Shown here: piece after piece, positions 1-10,556 of the stretch
Layout of the letters: every line of letters starts with the position of its first letter
Numbering within the stretch: position 1 is the first letter of the stretch
Source: Polyangiales bacterium
GTDB lineage: Bacteria; Myxococcota_A; Polyangia; Polyangiales; Ga0077539
Direction: 5' to 3'
DNA: 64,000 nt
NCBI GenBank assembly: GCA_044229975.1
Contig: JBGARZ010000027.1
Coordinates: 1-64,000 of the forward strand
Program-made: the position numbers and the translations under genes
Notes under the pieces: generated by a model
Database searches by the model: none
What the model saw: the letters and a program-made list of their open reading frames with translations, nothing else
What the model was told of the DNA's origin: nothing

Positions 1-70
1 GTATCGCCGCCCTACGCTGCGTGGCAGCCGTTGCTCATCTCGCTTCTCGTCCATCGTCTCCTCCAGCGAT

Positions 71-901
71 TTGAGGAGGTCTCCGAAGTCCGGAGTTTCA
101 GGTCCTCAAACCGATGGAAGTTGTGCGGCAAGAGCAGCTAGTGTTCCAGGCAGGGTGCTCACCATCGGCGCGCTCGTGTTGATGGTCCCGATGGCGTGCC
201 TCGCGGCGCTCCTCCTCTACGGCAAGGCCCTCTCCGACTCCGAGGCCAGCGAGGCGACCCTCGCCACGCCCGAGGAGATCAGCGCGCGTTTGGTGCAGGC
301 CCGCGTCCGCCAGGAGCAGGAGCGCGCTCGGCAGGCGGAGGAGCGCGCTCGGGAGCAGGCTCGGCAGGCGGAGGTGCGGCGCGCGTTCCTGGCGCTCACG
401 CCCGCACAGCACCTCGTGGAGGCGCGCGAGGCGCTCGCCCGCGGCCACGACCCGACCCGGGGCATCGGCGGCGACGTGGCGGGCGCTGAGCGACACCTCG
501 CGGAGATCGCCCCCGACGCGCCTGAGTTCTCCGAGGCGTCACGACTGCGCGGCGAGCGCGCGCGACGCCAGGACGCCCTTCTGGTCGCCGGTGGAGCGCT
601 GCTCCGCGTCCAGCTCCGCGACGCCGACGGGCAGGCAGGGGAGGACGAGGACCGCAGGCGCGCGCGCCGCATCGCGATCGCGCGCGCCCTCAACGGTCTC
701 ACGCCCTACGGCATGGGCTGCGTCTTCACGAGCGGCAACCGCGACAACTCGCTGCGCTTCGGCAGCGGCCTGTGCGACGACGTGATGCTCGCGGCGGTCG
801 TCCCGACGGACACGCGCCCGGCGATGCGCGCGGCGGGCTTCCGCTGGGTCCGGTGCCGCAACGGGCGGGCGAACATCGACCTCGAAGTGGGTGCGCCGTA
901 G
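71..901 (+). CDS. Hypothetical membrane-anchored protein with coiled-coil segment
   Basis: Hydrophobic stretch (LTIGALVLMVPMACLAALLLYG), then an R/E/Q/A coiled coil (RARQAEERAREQARQAE), in a GC3-rich frame. The true start is probably downstream of 71. Confidence 0.6.
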   Translation: MRRSPKSGVSGPQTDGSCAARAASVPGRVLTIGALVLMVPMACLAALLLYGKALSDSEASEATLATPEEISARLVQARVRQEQERARQAEERAREQARQAEVRRAFLALTPAQHLVEAREALARGHDPTRGIGGDVAGAERHLAEIAPDAPEFSEASRLRGERARRQDALLVAGGALLRVQLRDADGQAGEDEDRRRARRIAIARALNGLTPYGMGCVFTSGNRDNSLRFGSGLCDDVMLAAVVPTDTRPAMRAAGFRWVRCRNGRANIDLEVGAP

Positions 902-1110
902 GAGTGTCAGCGGTCGCCGCGCTCGAACCGCAGGCGCAGCACCTCGTCGTCGAGCTCGCGGGCGATGGCGAGCGCCCGCCGTCGCGCGTCGGCCCCCTCC
1001 TCGCCGCCGACGATGTGAGGTGAAGACAAAGGGCCTCAGTTGCGGGAGGTGCTGAGACCATGTCGCCCCGCCGGGAACTCCCTTGCTCCGTCGCTGTCCG
1101 ACGCCGCGCG

Positions 1111-2124
1111 ATGCCCCAACACGCCCCGTCGCCCTACCGCTCCGCACCGCTCGTCGACGACGAGGTTGCCGACCGCTCCGCGTGCGTTGAGGTGGTCGCC
1201 CGCTGGGGCGACGAGTTCCTCGCGGTGGCTCACCTGCGAGCGGGCGAGCGGTTCACGTTGGTGTCGACGGCCGCGACGGGCGCGCTCGCGCTCGCGCTCC
1301 CCGACGTCGACGATGCTTGGGTGCTCGCGGAGCACACCGCCGACGGGTGCTGCATCGCGCACCGCCACCAACGGGCAGACGGCGACGCGGGAGGCGTTCT
1401 TGCGCGCGGCGAGGCGCACGCGCAGACGTTGGGTGCAGTGACGCTGGTCGTGCGGCACACGTGGTCGACGGGGACTGCGGCGCGGCAGATCACCGACCCA
1501 GGGGCGCGAGCGACGCTGGCGATGGCGGTCGCGCTGCTGGTGGTGGCATTGGTCGGTGCGGTCGCGCTGCGCGGAAGAAACCGCGGTCAGGGTCGCGCGA
1601 TGCTCGACGAGGTGGAGGACGATCGTCGCGTATTGCGCGCGCTGATGGCGCGCTGGCCAGAAGCTCCCGGTCGGAGGAGCGGTGATGCGGGCGGAGTGAC
1701 GCCGACGCCGACGCCAGCCGAGCTGCCTCACGTGACGGGTGAGTCCGTGCCGCGGGCGGCGCAGAATCGGGGAGTCTTCGTCGCCGGACTCCTACGTCCC
1801 ACTGGAGGTCCGTACTTTGGATTGATGTTCGAGGACCTGGTCTCCTGCGTCACCCGGGTTGATGGCGTGTGGGAGTCGGACGCCGAACTGGGCGATGCGC
1901 TCTGGCGTCACGCGACGTCGCGCTGGCTCCACTGGCGCGTCAGGTTCCGAGCGCGGGTTCGCGCGGGAGGTGTCGTCGACGAGGTCCAGCTGAGCCGAGG
2001 CCGGGAACACTGGGCCGACGTGCTGAGCGCGGTGAGCCGAGTCAGGACCGCGCCGACGGCGCACGATCGGGTGTCGGTGTGTTGCATCAATCAGGGTTGT
2101 GAAGGGCCGGAGTTGGGGGAGTAG
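1111..2124 (+). CDS. Hypothetical single-pass membrane protein; N-terminus resembles myxobacterial AgmX/PglI/TonB-C-type proteins
   Basis: ATG 1111; VEVVARWGDEFLAVAHL block, TM helix LAMAVALLVVALVGAVAL, C-terminal VRFRARVRAGGVVDEVQL beta segment. Family link is by resemblance only. Confidence 0.6.
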   Translation: MPQHAPSPYRSAPLVDDEVADRSACVEVVARWGDEFLAVAHLRAGERFTLVSTAATGALALALPDVDDAWVLAEHTADGCCIAHRHQRADGDAGGVLARGEAHAQTLGAVTLVVRHTWSTGTAARQITDPGARATLAMAVALLVVALVGAVALRGRNRGQGRAMLDEVEDDRRVLRALMARWPEAPGRRSGDAGGVTPTPTPAELPHVTGESVPRAAQNRGVFVAGLLRPTGGPYFGLMFEDLVSCVTRVDGVWESDAELGDALWRHATSRWLHWRVRFRARVRAGGVVDEVQLSRGREHWADVLSAVSRVRTAPTAHDRVSVCCINQGCEGPELGE

Positions 2125-2397
2125 GAGGCACAAGCCAGCGAGCTCTCCAGTGGGCGGGTGGGACTCCCGATGCCCGCCGACGGTGTGGTTGTCGCATAGC
2201 GGGGGCGTCGTGGTCTGTCGGCACCGGTCTCGGAGGGCACCAGATTCACCGACGACACCGAGCACCAGAGGCCGACTATGGCGGGTGGCCCCTCCGGCGC
2301 GAACATGATCGCCTTCGCGCTCCTCGATCGCGGGTGACGCCGAAGTCATGCCCGCGGACCGCTGCCCGACCAGGCTGGTATTCTTCTCAGCGTCGCG

Positions 2398-2838
2398 ATG
2401 GATTCCAACGACACCCAGCACCAGGGCTGCCACGATCCGCATCGGATAATGGGGTCTGCTCGCCGTCGGGAGGGCGGGGGTCGGAGCACTTTCGTAGCAA
2501 GTGCGTGCCTCGCACTGATCGCGTTAAGCGCGTTCGGCATCGCAGCCGACAGGTTCGTGGAAGCCTATTTCGCCGACTGGGCGGCCGGGCTCGTCTCGGA
2601 CGACGATCGGGACGCGGCTCGTGATCTCGTCCGGCGCAGCCGACGCGAGACGGTGAAGGCTTGGGCCGCGACCGGCGGCGGTGTCCTGTCGATCGTAGCG
2701 TCTCTCGCAGCACTACGACGGGGGCGGGCTCGCAACCGAGAGCGAGCCGACGTCTCGACTCCATCAGCTGGCGCCTCCCCGGGGGCGTCGAACGAAGCAA
2801 CCTCGATAGGGAGGGTGTGGCGGGCTCCAGAAGACTGA
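2398..2838 (+). CDS. Small hypothetical membrane protein
   Basis: Two hydrophobic segments (FVASACLALIALSAFGIAA; GGVLSIVASLAAL); no recognisable motif. Confidence 0.4.
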   Translation: MDSNDTQHQGCHDPHRIMGSARRREGGGRSTFVASACLALIALSAFGIAADRFVEAYFADWAAGLVSDDDRDAARDLVRRSRRETVKAWAATGGGVLSIVASLAALRRGRARNRERADVSTPSAGASPGASNEATSIGRVWRAPED

Positions 2839-3191
2839 CCAACACCTATCCGCTTGAACCGGCAGGACTTCAGCCCGGCGTCACACACGCTCCTGCGAGT
2901 ACGATGGGACCTACCCGGCGCGCTCGGCGCGGACCTGGAGTGGCAAGTCTGCTCGCGAGGGCACCAGTGGGCTCATGCGCACCGGTGCCCTCGGTGGAAC
3001 TGGTACCCGACGAGGTCGGTGGTGACAGTGGTCTACCGCGAGAGCGAGTACGTGGTGATCCGGGTGCGCCGCGATCACGTTGAACTCGTCCACCGCCACG
3101 GCCCGCACTCCCAGCACGTGCCAAGCGCGCGGATGGTGAGCGAGAGGCGAGGTGACTTGTGGTGCCTGGAGGAGCAGGCGCAGCGACCGGC

Positions 3192-5207
3192 TCAGCGGGC
3201 CGCGCGGCATGACACCCGGACGCGGCCCGCGTCGCGGAGGGAGCCCTCGAAGCGATCGCCGGGGCGCGCCGCGAGCGTCGTCGTCACGCCGCTGTCGTCC
3301 GCAGGCATGTGGGAGCCGTAGTGCAGGCTGACCGAGCGGACGCAGGCGCGGTCGCGCGCCCACTCGACCTCGATGCGGGACGGGGAAAGTGACCACCCGG
3401 GCAACCCCCCGGTTGCGGCGTTGGCGAGGGAGAACTCGGCACCGGTCGTGTTGAACCACAGCCGGATCGTCGCCGGCCCGTCGGGCGCCGCCGGCCCGGC
3501 GCAGGCGCGCGGTGAGCCGGATGGCGCTCGTGGCAGCAAGCGGGGCGCGCCCCCGTCGAATGGGTGAAAGCGCGCTGGGGTGGAGGCGCCGGGGCGCCAG
3601 AGGACGATCCCCAGCGCGCCGTCCCAGCGACCGAGCACGACGTAGGACGAGGAGTCGGCGATGAGGCCGCGGTGCCGCCGGATGGCGCCGTCGGGGCCGA
3701 GCTCGAGCGCGGCGATGGTCGTGCGCTGGAGGTCCTCGAACCACTGCAGCATCGCCACGCCGCCGTCGGGCAGCGCCACGAAGAGCCGCCTGCGCTCGTG
3801 CTCGTCGAAGCACGCCGCCGACGGCCGACCGAGCGACGCCAGCGGGCCGCCCGTGGGCGCCCAGAACATGAGCTCGTCGAGCCCGTCGCTTGAGATCACC
3901 GCGCCGCGGCGCGAGAGGGCCTCGACCACCACCTCTTCGCGGGTGTGGTCCGCGTCGGGGTGCAACGGCAGCCCCGTGACCTCGGGGCCGGCGCGGCCCT
4001 CGAAGGCGCCCGCCGCGTCGAGGCCGGACCACGCGAGGTGCAGGCGGGCCCTGCCCTCCGGCGTCCACCACAGGTGCGCGGTGGCGTCACCCGATCCCCC
4101 GAGGAAGACGGCGCTCCTCCCGCTGCCGGGCGGTGCGCCGGGCGGCGCGGGGCCCTCCACGTAGCGCACGGCGTCGGCTCCGCCCGCGATCCGGCACGCG
4201 TACGTGGGAGCGCGGTCGTCCGCGCCGAAGGCCGGGTGGTCGTAGGGGTCCTCGGCGGGCTCCGCTTCCGGCTCGGAGGCCTCGGCCGGCTGGCACTCGT
4301 CGGCGACGGTCGCGAGGTCGAAGACCTCAGGCGCACGGAGGGCAACCGGCGGCTCGTCGCCTGCGGTGGGGTCGACGTGGGAGAGCTCGCCGGCCTCGTC
4401 GTCGAGGCAGCGCCCGAGGGGGTGCGGGCCGTCGGCATCGAGGGATTGCGCGCCCGCGGTCGTGGCGATCACGAGGCCCTGCGGGGTGAGCGCGACCTGC
4501 CAGGCGACCTCGTGTTGGAGGTCGACGGGTGACCACGATCGACCGCCATCGCGGGTCGCGAAGAGCTCGCCATGTTCGAGCGCCGCAGCTCCGCGCGCGC
4601 TGTCGAAGAAGGCCGCGGAGAGCACCCGGGCCGGGAGCGTGGCGCGCGCGGGGGGCGCGGTGCCGTCGGTGGTCCAGAGGGCTCCACGGGAGTCGAGGAC
4701 CGCGACACGGCCGGACGCGCGCGCGGCGTGGGCCGGACTGGCAGCGCACGAGACGCGGCCGACGAGGTGCAGCGGGCCGAGGAAGGTGTCGGCGCGGGTG
4801 ATTGCACCCTCGGCGTCGACGAAGACCCAGCCCCGGGCGACGGGCGCGGCGGCGACGATCGGCTCGCGGAGTCGCTGGGCCGCGACCGTGGGCGCGCCGT
4901 GGGGCCGGAGGGTCGCGCGGATCGAGTCGCAGACGACGTCCCGGGCGAGGTCGGCGTGGATCGCGACGACTCGTGGCGAGCCGCACGACGGGGTATCGAG
5001 GTTCTGCGCCGGCGTCGGCGGCGACAGCGAAGACGGCGAAGACGGCGACGTCAGGAGCGGGCGCGGCGCGAGCGTCGAGCGGGCGGCGCAGGCGGCGATG
5101 CCGGTGACGATCCCGAGCAGGAGCCACCGCGTGCGGTTCGAGCTCGTCGTGCTCAATGGACGCAAGCTGCTCGTGCGGCGGGGCATCGCGCGATGCTGCC
5201 ACGGCAT
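3192..5207 (-). CDS. Lipoprotein with FLGP motif and BNR/Asp-box repeat (paralog 1 of 4)
   Basis: Lipobox IAAC; GWVFVDAEGAITRADTFLGPL; Asp-box TRDGGRSW. Alternative start ATG 5186. Confidence 0.8.
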   Translation of the reverse strand: MPWQHRAMPRRTSSLRPLSTTSSNRTRWLLLGIVTGIAACAARSTLAPRPLLTSPSSPSSLSPPTPAQNLDTPSCGSPRVVAIHADLARDVVCDSIRATLRPHGAPTVAAQRLREPIVAAAPVARGWVFVDAEGAITRADTFLGPLHLVGRVSCAASPAHAARASGRVAVLDSRGALWTTDGTAPPARATLPARVLSAAFFDSARGAAALEHGELFATRDGGRSWSPVDLQHEVAWQVALTPQGLVIATTAGAQSLDADGPHPLGRCLDDEAGELSHVDPTAGDEPPVALRAPEVFDLATVADECQPAEASEPEAEPAEDPYDHPAFGADDRAPTYACRIAGGADAVRYVEGPAPPGAPPGSGRSAVFLGGSGDATAHLWWTPEGRARLHLAWSGLDAAGAFEGRAGPEVTGLPLHPDADHTREEVVVEALSRRGAVISSDGLDELMFWAPTGGPLASLGRPSAACFDEHERRRLFVALPDGGVAMLQWFEDLQRTTIAALELGPDGAIRRHRGLIADSSSYVVLGRWDGALGIVLWRPGASTPARFHPFDGGAPRLLPRAPSGSPRACAGPAAPDGPATIRLWFNTTGAEFSLANAATGGLPGWSLSPSRIEVEWARDRACVRSVSLHYGSHMPADDSGVTTTLAARPGDRFEGSLRDAGRVRVSCRAAR

Positions 5208-5306
5208 CGCGGATCGACGAAGGTCGCGAGCAATCCTCGTAGATGCCGACTCTTCACGCGCGCGGTCAGGTCGGTGGCAGGCGCGGCACCGCGGAGCGCC
5301 TTGGGG

Positions 5307-5570
5307 TCAGCGCCTTTGGGATGGCAGGTCGCACTCCCAATAGTGAGTGCCGAAGGCCGAGCTGTACGCGCAGTGGCACGCGACAGCCCCACCCTCGTAC
5401 AGGCAGCGGCGTCGATCCCGATGAGGACGACAGGCGTTCTGCCACGGGTTGGAGTCCCTTGTGCGTGGGCGCCGTGCGGGGCAGTCCCGCGGCTGGTCGG
5501 GCGGTACCTGCGCGGGCGCGGCGGGCGCGGTCAGGGAGACGGCGAGGAGGGTCAGCGCCGCGCGTCGCAT
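5307..5570 (-). CDS. Small secreted Cys-rich protein (87 aa, 6 Cys)
   Basis: Signal peptide MRRAALTLLAVSLTAPAAPA; mature part has six Cys and ends in CHC...HYWEC. Confidence 0.7.
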   Translation of the reverse strand: MRRAALTLLAVSLTAPAAPAQVPPDQPRDCPARRPRTRDSNPWQNACRPHRDRRRCLYEGGAVACHCAYSSAFGTHYWECDLPSQRR

Positions 5571-5958
5571 GGTGTTTGGCGAGACACCCGCTGGAGGGTC
5601 CAGGTTCCGAGGTGGGGTCGCGCCAGACGCCGTAGCGCGAGGGCCACGAACGGCGACTGCAACTCGACGGCGCAGCCGCGACCGCGTTCAGTGTTCGACG
5701 ACCGGGCCCCGTGTGGCTCGATGGTACGGAGAGCGCCGGGAGCCGTGGCCTTCGAGCGTGGCGGTGGAGTCAGGTGGGCTTCGGCGTCGGTTCGGTAGCC
5801 GTCACCTGCGAACTCTGGCTGTGGCTACGCGGAGGGATACTTCGGCCGTGGGGGGTCCCCACGTCGTCGAGATCACGGTGGGGTCTCACCACCGGTGCGA
5901 CCGTTGGCGCGCATCTACAGCACTATCGCGACGCGGGCGCCGGGTCGTCGCGGCGCTG

Positions 5959-7674
5959 TTACAGGCCGTACAGCGGCTCCAGGATGCAGGGGGGTGGGTT
6001 GGGGTCCGGGTGACGCATCTGCCCCATCGTCTCTTCCGCACGGCGTAGCAAGATCGCGCTCCCCTCGGGATGCACGCGACAGACGGCCGGGCCCTCGAAG
6101 CGGTCACCGGGGGCGGCGACGAGTCGGATCGCTCTACGGTCGCGGAGCTGAGAGCCGGGCAGTCCGCCAAACCCCAGGGTCCAGGCCCGGACGCACACTC
6201 CATCTTCACGCATCTCGACCTCGGCGCCGCTGCCATGGACCGACTCGTTCCCCGGGACTTCGAAGCGGGACGTCGGCAGCGTGGCGTAGATCGTCACGGC
6301 GCCCGCGCCCGGACCGGAACAGGCGGCTGCGTCCGCCCAGCGGAGCGCCGCCAATCGTCGATCAGGTGAGCCGTCCATCGGGAGGAACCACGCGTGGAGG
6401 CGATCGTCGACCCGCGTGACGACCACGCCGGGTGCGCCGTCCAGGACTCCAGCGAAGGGCTCGGTGTCCGCCGCGAAGACGAAGGGGCGACGACGCCGGA
6501 CAGCCCGGTCAGGCCCGATGACCAGGGCGACTCCCGTGCCCGTGGCGTTGAGCCGAGGCACGCCGCCATAGGCGCTGCCGCGACCCCCTGGGACGATCGT
6601 GATGATCGAATCACCGCCCGCAAGCGGCATGGCGGTCTCCGAGGTCCCCTCGTCCAGACCGACGAGGAATGGATCAACCAGCGCGGGAGGGTCGGCGTCT
6701 ACCCGAGCGCCGTTTGGTGACACCGCGAGTGCAGCGAGGTCCACCGGATCGCAGACGTAGAGGCGTCCCCGGTCGGTCTCCCGTGAGCGCGGGACGTCGT
6801 CGCGGCATGTGCCGAAGGACCCGCCTGGAAGGTCGTCGTAGATAGAACCGTGGATCCTCTCGGCGAGCGTCTGGATGAGCGGCGGATGGATCTGGTCGAA
6901 GCTCGGCCGACCGTCCACCCCATCGACGGCGCCCGTCCAACCGACGCCGCGCGCACCCGCGGTGGTCTCGACGACGAGCCCTCGGGCGGTCGCGAACACG
7001 TCCCACGCCAGATCCGGTCCGAGGTCGTACCTCGCCCAGCTCCGCCCGCCGTCCGAGGTCCGCACGAGTTTGCCGTCCCACAACACCGCGGCGCCCTCGG
7101 AGTCGTCCCGGAAGGCGGCGCACGTCACCCTGCCCGGCACCCGCATCACGGCGATGATCGCGCGCCCGTCCGTGCGCCAGAGATTCCCGCGGTCGTCGAC
7201 CGCCATCACGGTCCCGCGCGGGGCCAGCGACACCTTGAACCCGCACGGGATGCAACCGAGCGAGCGCACCGGACCGAGGAAGCTCTCGCTGTGCTCCGCG
7301 CATCCGGCGGCGTCGAGGAAGATCCACCCGCCGGTGACCGGCTCGGCCGCGACAATGTGGCTGCTGAGGGACTCGCCCGCTCGCACGATGTGCCCCGCCC
7401 AGTCGATCGTCAGTCGACGCGGACCGTCGATCACCTCGGCGATGCCGGAGCGCGGCTCGCGAGCGAGATAGGGGTGACACGGGTGCGCCATACCAGTGTC
7501 CGAGCGGCGGACCGCGACCTCGCCGAGCTGAAGCGTCCTGATGAGCGGGAGCGCACGCCAGCGAACGAACACGCCGGTCACCGCTGCGATCGTGAGCAGC
7601 GCGACCAGAGCGATGATGCGACGCGACCTCGGGTGCTGGGAAGCCGCGGGCGATCTGTTCACTCGGTATGGCAT
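5959..7674 (-). CDS. Membrane-anchored FLGP/Asp-box protein (paralog 2 of 4)
   Basis: N-terminal TM (IIALVALLTIAAVTGVFV); GWIFLDAAGCAEHSESFLGPV; TSDGGRSW. Confidence 0.8.
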   Translation of the reverse strand: MPYRVNRSPAASQHPRSRRIIALVALLTIAAVTGVFVRWRALPLIRTLQLGEVAVRRSDTGMAHPCHPYLAREPRSGIAEVIDGPRRLTIDWAGHIVRAGESLSSHIVAAEPVTGGWIFLDAAGCAEHSESFLGPVRSLGCIPCGFKVSLAPRGTVMAVDDRGNLWRTDGRAIIAVMRVPGRVTCAAFRDDSEGAAVLWDGKLVRTSDGGRSWARYDLGPDLAWDVFATARGLVVETTAGARGVGWTGAVDGVDGRPSFDQIHPPLIQTLAERIHGSIYDDLPGGSFGTCRDDVPRSRETDRGRLYVCDPVDLAALAVSPNGARVDADPPALVDPFLVGLDEGTSETAMPLAGGDSIITIVPGGRGSAYGGVPRLNATGTGVALVIGPDRAVRRRRPFVFAADTEPFAGVLDGAPGVVVTRVDDRLHAWFLPMDGSPDRRLAALRWADAAACSGPGAGAVTIYATLPTSRFEVPGNESVHGSGAEVEMREDGVCVRAWTLGFGGLPGSQLRDRRAIRLVAAPGDRFEGPAVCRVHPEGSAILLRRAEETMGQMRHPDPNPPPCILEPLYGL

Positions 7675-7907
7675 CAACGACACCCCTCGCGCGCACCCTA
7701 CACCGGGTGCCGAGGTTCAATGCCCCGCGCGGCGGCGTCGCGTCACGGGAACCTCACGTTCCACCTTCGGGGGAACAGGTCTGTGAGCTCCAGTGCGCGG
7801 CGAATGACCGCGGGAGTGGCCGCGGGTCGAACTGTCGTCGCGCGTCCTCCGGCATGCGCTGACGTCGGGGATCGTGACGCCGACGTCGTCCGATCGCGAC
7901 GGCATCG

Positions 7908-10556
7908 CTACCGCCGACAGCGGACGTTCATCGCCGCGTCGGCGACCCCGTCGGTCGTCGGAACGGCAGCGAACCAGCCGCTCCTCAACACGCGCAGGCA
8001 GAGCGCGTCGCCGTCGAGCGCGTACTCCTCGGCGGCGTCCGCGATGGCCCCCGACGCCTCCTCCCTGATCGCCGGGAACGTGAACGCGCCGCGCGCCCCG
8101 GCCCCGCACGCCGTCGCGCCCACCGACCCCGCGAGCCGGCGCGGTGACTCGCCCGGCGCACCGCCCACGACGGTTCCGTCGCGGCGTCGACGCGCGACGC
8201 CCCACCGCCCGTCGAGGACGAACACGCCCGGCGGCGGGGAGCGCGCGTCGATGGACACCCGGTGCGCGGTCAGTCGGCCCCCCGCGAAGGTCAGCAGGCC
8301 CGCGCCCGACGCGAGCATCTCGTCGTCCCGTCGAGCGGTCAGGGGGAGCGACAGCCACGCCGTCACGCTGCCCTCGCGCGCGCCGACGGTCGTCGCGGAG
8401 GGGCATTCCGAAGCGTGCCAGGTCCCAGGTGACGGCTCGAACTCCCAACCCGACAAGGGTGCCTCGACGCGCGGGAACGCACTCGTCGACAGCGTGACGA
8501 GACGGGCCTGCACCCGCCCGCGCCACGGCGCCGGTTCCCACAGCAGCATCGTCGCCGCACGCCCGTCGGCGCGCAGGAGGTCCCAGGCCCCGGACGCGAA
8601 GAGTTGCTGCGTGTCAGTCGCCACGCGGTAGCGACGGACGACCGGTGCGGATCCGACGTCGTCCCACAGCTCGAAGACCCCGCGCCCCCACCGGAACCAC
8701 GGGGACAAGACCGACCACCTGATCGGGAGGAACCCCGGCGGCGGACGCGGCCCCGCGATCGGCGTGTCGGTCGAGCATCGCCACCGGGAGAGCGATCGGT
8801 CAGCGCGCGGGAGCGGGGCGGCGAGGGCCGCGCCGTGTCGACTCGCTTCGACCTCGCCCCACCCGAAGACCGCGCCGTGGAACGGGTAGATCCACCCGGC
8901 GGCGTTGCAGAGCGCTCGCTGATTGGGGTCGTCTGCGTCGGCGGGCCTCATGTCGAGCGCCCCGCTCAGGCTCTCGGGGACCATCCGGCGCCACGGGTCG
9001 ACGGCGCCAAGTGAGAGCCAGCGGACGCCGTCGTGCGCAGCCACGACGACCCCGTCCGCGCCGCAGAGCGCCGTCGGTACAACGTCTCGTTGCGGCGCCA
9101 TCCACGGCGGGGTCGAGCGCGCCGTGAACGACGCTCCGGGGCGCCCCTCCAACACCACCGAACCACCCAGGCAGACCGCGTGGAGGCGCATCACGCCGTC
9201 GCTCCCGAGGCGTGGCGCTCCGTCGATCCGACAGTCGGCCCAGGCCGCGTCGGGGACGAGCCGCGCGGGCGCCGCGGAGCCGCGGCGGTACTCGGCGTGG
9301 TCGAGCCACATGCGACGATCGACCAGCACGGGAGCGTCGCCGTCGTAGCCCGCGAGGCTCCAGCCGCGCACGGGCGTTCCCTCGACCCACGTGCGCGGCG
9401 TGCCGCCCCGGACGCGCTCGCACAGCGCCGTCCCGGTGGCGCAGGTCGTTCTGCCGCCGCCGCAGCTCCCCTCGCACGCCACCCGCTCGCCGTCGGCGCT
9501 CGCCGCGCAGGCCCGCTCGCCGCCGCAGCGCGAGACCCGCAGGCGCTCGCTCCAACGCCCGTCGGGTTCGAGCGACCAGAGCACCGACTCCCCGTCGCCC
9601 CGACAGCGGACGTAGGCCCGGTCGGCGGTGAACGAGTCCTCGAAGGAGTCGGGGTCGCAGGGCATCTCACGCTCGCTCCCCGGCACGACCGCGTCGTCGT
9701 CGAGGTCGTAGATCAGCGCCATCGGGGCCGACGACTGCTGCTGCGACCGCCCCACGTCCGCCAGCACCCTGCGGTGTGATGCGTCGACGAACAGCAGCGG
9801 CTCCCACCCCTCGCGGGCGGCCGACCACTCCTCCACGGCCAGCGCCTCGTCCTCCGACAGCGGGCGCATGAGGAACGGGGTGCGCTCGCACTCCACGCGG
9901 GTCATCGGACCGCCGACGTTGGCCTCGTAGCAGCCCGCCCCGGCACGCACCCAGCGACGCCCGTCCGCCGCCGCCACCTCCAGCGGCACGTCGTCGAGCA
10001 TGGTGGGCGACCAATGCAGTCCGCCGTCCTCGGTGTGAAGCACGACCCCCGGTTCGAGGATCGCGAGGCCTTCCGTCGCGTCGCTGAACGCCGCGTCTAG
10101 CACGACCCCCGGTGGCAACCCGACCCCCTCGGCGGCGCCGTCGCGGATCACCACCGCGCGACCCGTTCCAAGGCCGAGCGCACCGACCGACGTGGTCGCG
10201 ACCGAGCGTAGCGGCCCGAGGAACTCGTCAGCCTCCCAGCGCGCCGTGCGACCGGCGAAGACCCAGTGATCGCGCTCCCGCCACACCGCGCGCATCGGCT
10301 GGCTGAACCACCCGTCCGACTGACGGCCGACGGCGCCTTCCAGCTCCACGCGACGCCCCCCGTAGAGCACGCGCCGCGGGGCGCCGTGCTCGTCGATCCA
10401 CCAGGCGTGGTGGTCTTCGCGCGCGGGGTGGATGACCCTCGCTCGCCCTTCGGGCCGCGGCTGCGGGGCCGGTCGCGGGATCGCAGGCGCTGGGACCACC
10501 TGCGTGAAGGGACGCGCGCACGCACCGAGGAGCAGCAGGGTGAGGAGGCGTCGCAT
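7908..10556 (-). CDS. Lipoprotein with FLGP motif, Asp-box and Cys-rich central region (paralog 3 of 4)
   Basis: ATG 10556 (MRRLLTLLLLGAC lipobox) overlaps the stop of the upstream gene; WEADEFLGPL; TEDGGLHW. Confidence 0.8.
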   Translation of the reverse strand: MRRLLTLLLLGACARPFTQVVPAPAIPRPAPQPRPEGRARVIHPAREDHHAWWIDEHGAPRRVLYGGRRVELEGAVGRQSDGWFSQPMRAVWRERDHWVFAGRTARWEADEFLGPLRSVATTSVGALGLGTGRAVVIRDGAAEGVGLPPGVVLDAAFSDATEGLAILEPGVVLHTEDGGLHWSPTMLDDVPLEVAAADGRRWVRAGAGCYEANVGGPMTRVECERTPFLMRPLSEDEALAVEEWSAAREGWEPLLFVDASHRRVLADVGRSQQQSSAPMALIYDLDDDAVVPGSEREMPCDPDSFEDSFTADRAYVRCRGDGESVLWSLEPDGRWSERLRVSRCGGERACAASADGERVACEGSCGGGRTTCATGTALCERVRGGTPRTWVEGTPVRGWSLAGYDGDAPVLVDRRMWLDHAEYRRGSAAPARLVPDAAWADCRIDGAPRLGSDGVMRLHAVCLGGSVVLEGRPGASFTARSTPPWMAPQRDVVPTALCGADGVVVAAHDGVRWLSLGAVDPWRRMVPESLSGALDMRPADADDPNQRALCNAAGWIYPFHGAVFGWGEVEASRHGAALAAPLPRADRSLSRWRCSTDTPIAGPRPPPGFLPIRWSVLSPWFRWGRGVFELWDDVGSAPVVRRYRVATDTQQLFASGAWDLLRADGRAATMLLWEPAPWRGRVQARLVTLSTSAFPRVEAPLSGWEFEPSPGTWHASECPSATTVGAREGSVTAWLSLPLTARRDDEMLASGAGLLTFAGGRLTAHRVSIDARSPPPGVFVLDGRWGVARRRRDGTVVGGAPGESPRRLAGSVGATACGAGARGAFTFPAIREEASGAIADAAEEYALDGDALCLRVLRSGWFAAVPTTDGVADAAMNVRCRR

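Noticed and set aside
2854..3321. 155-aa + strand ORF
   Set aside because: Weak TTG start, overlap with a convergent real gene and no motif; at best a relic.
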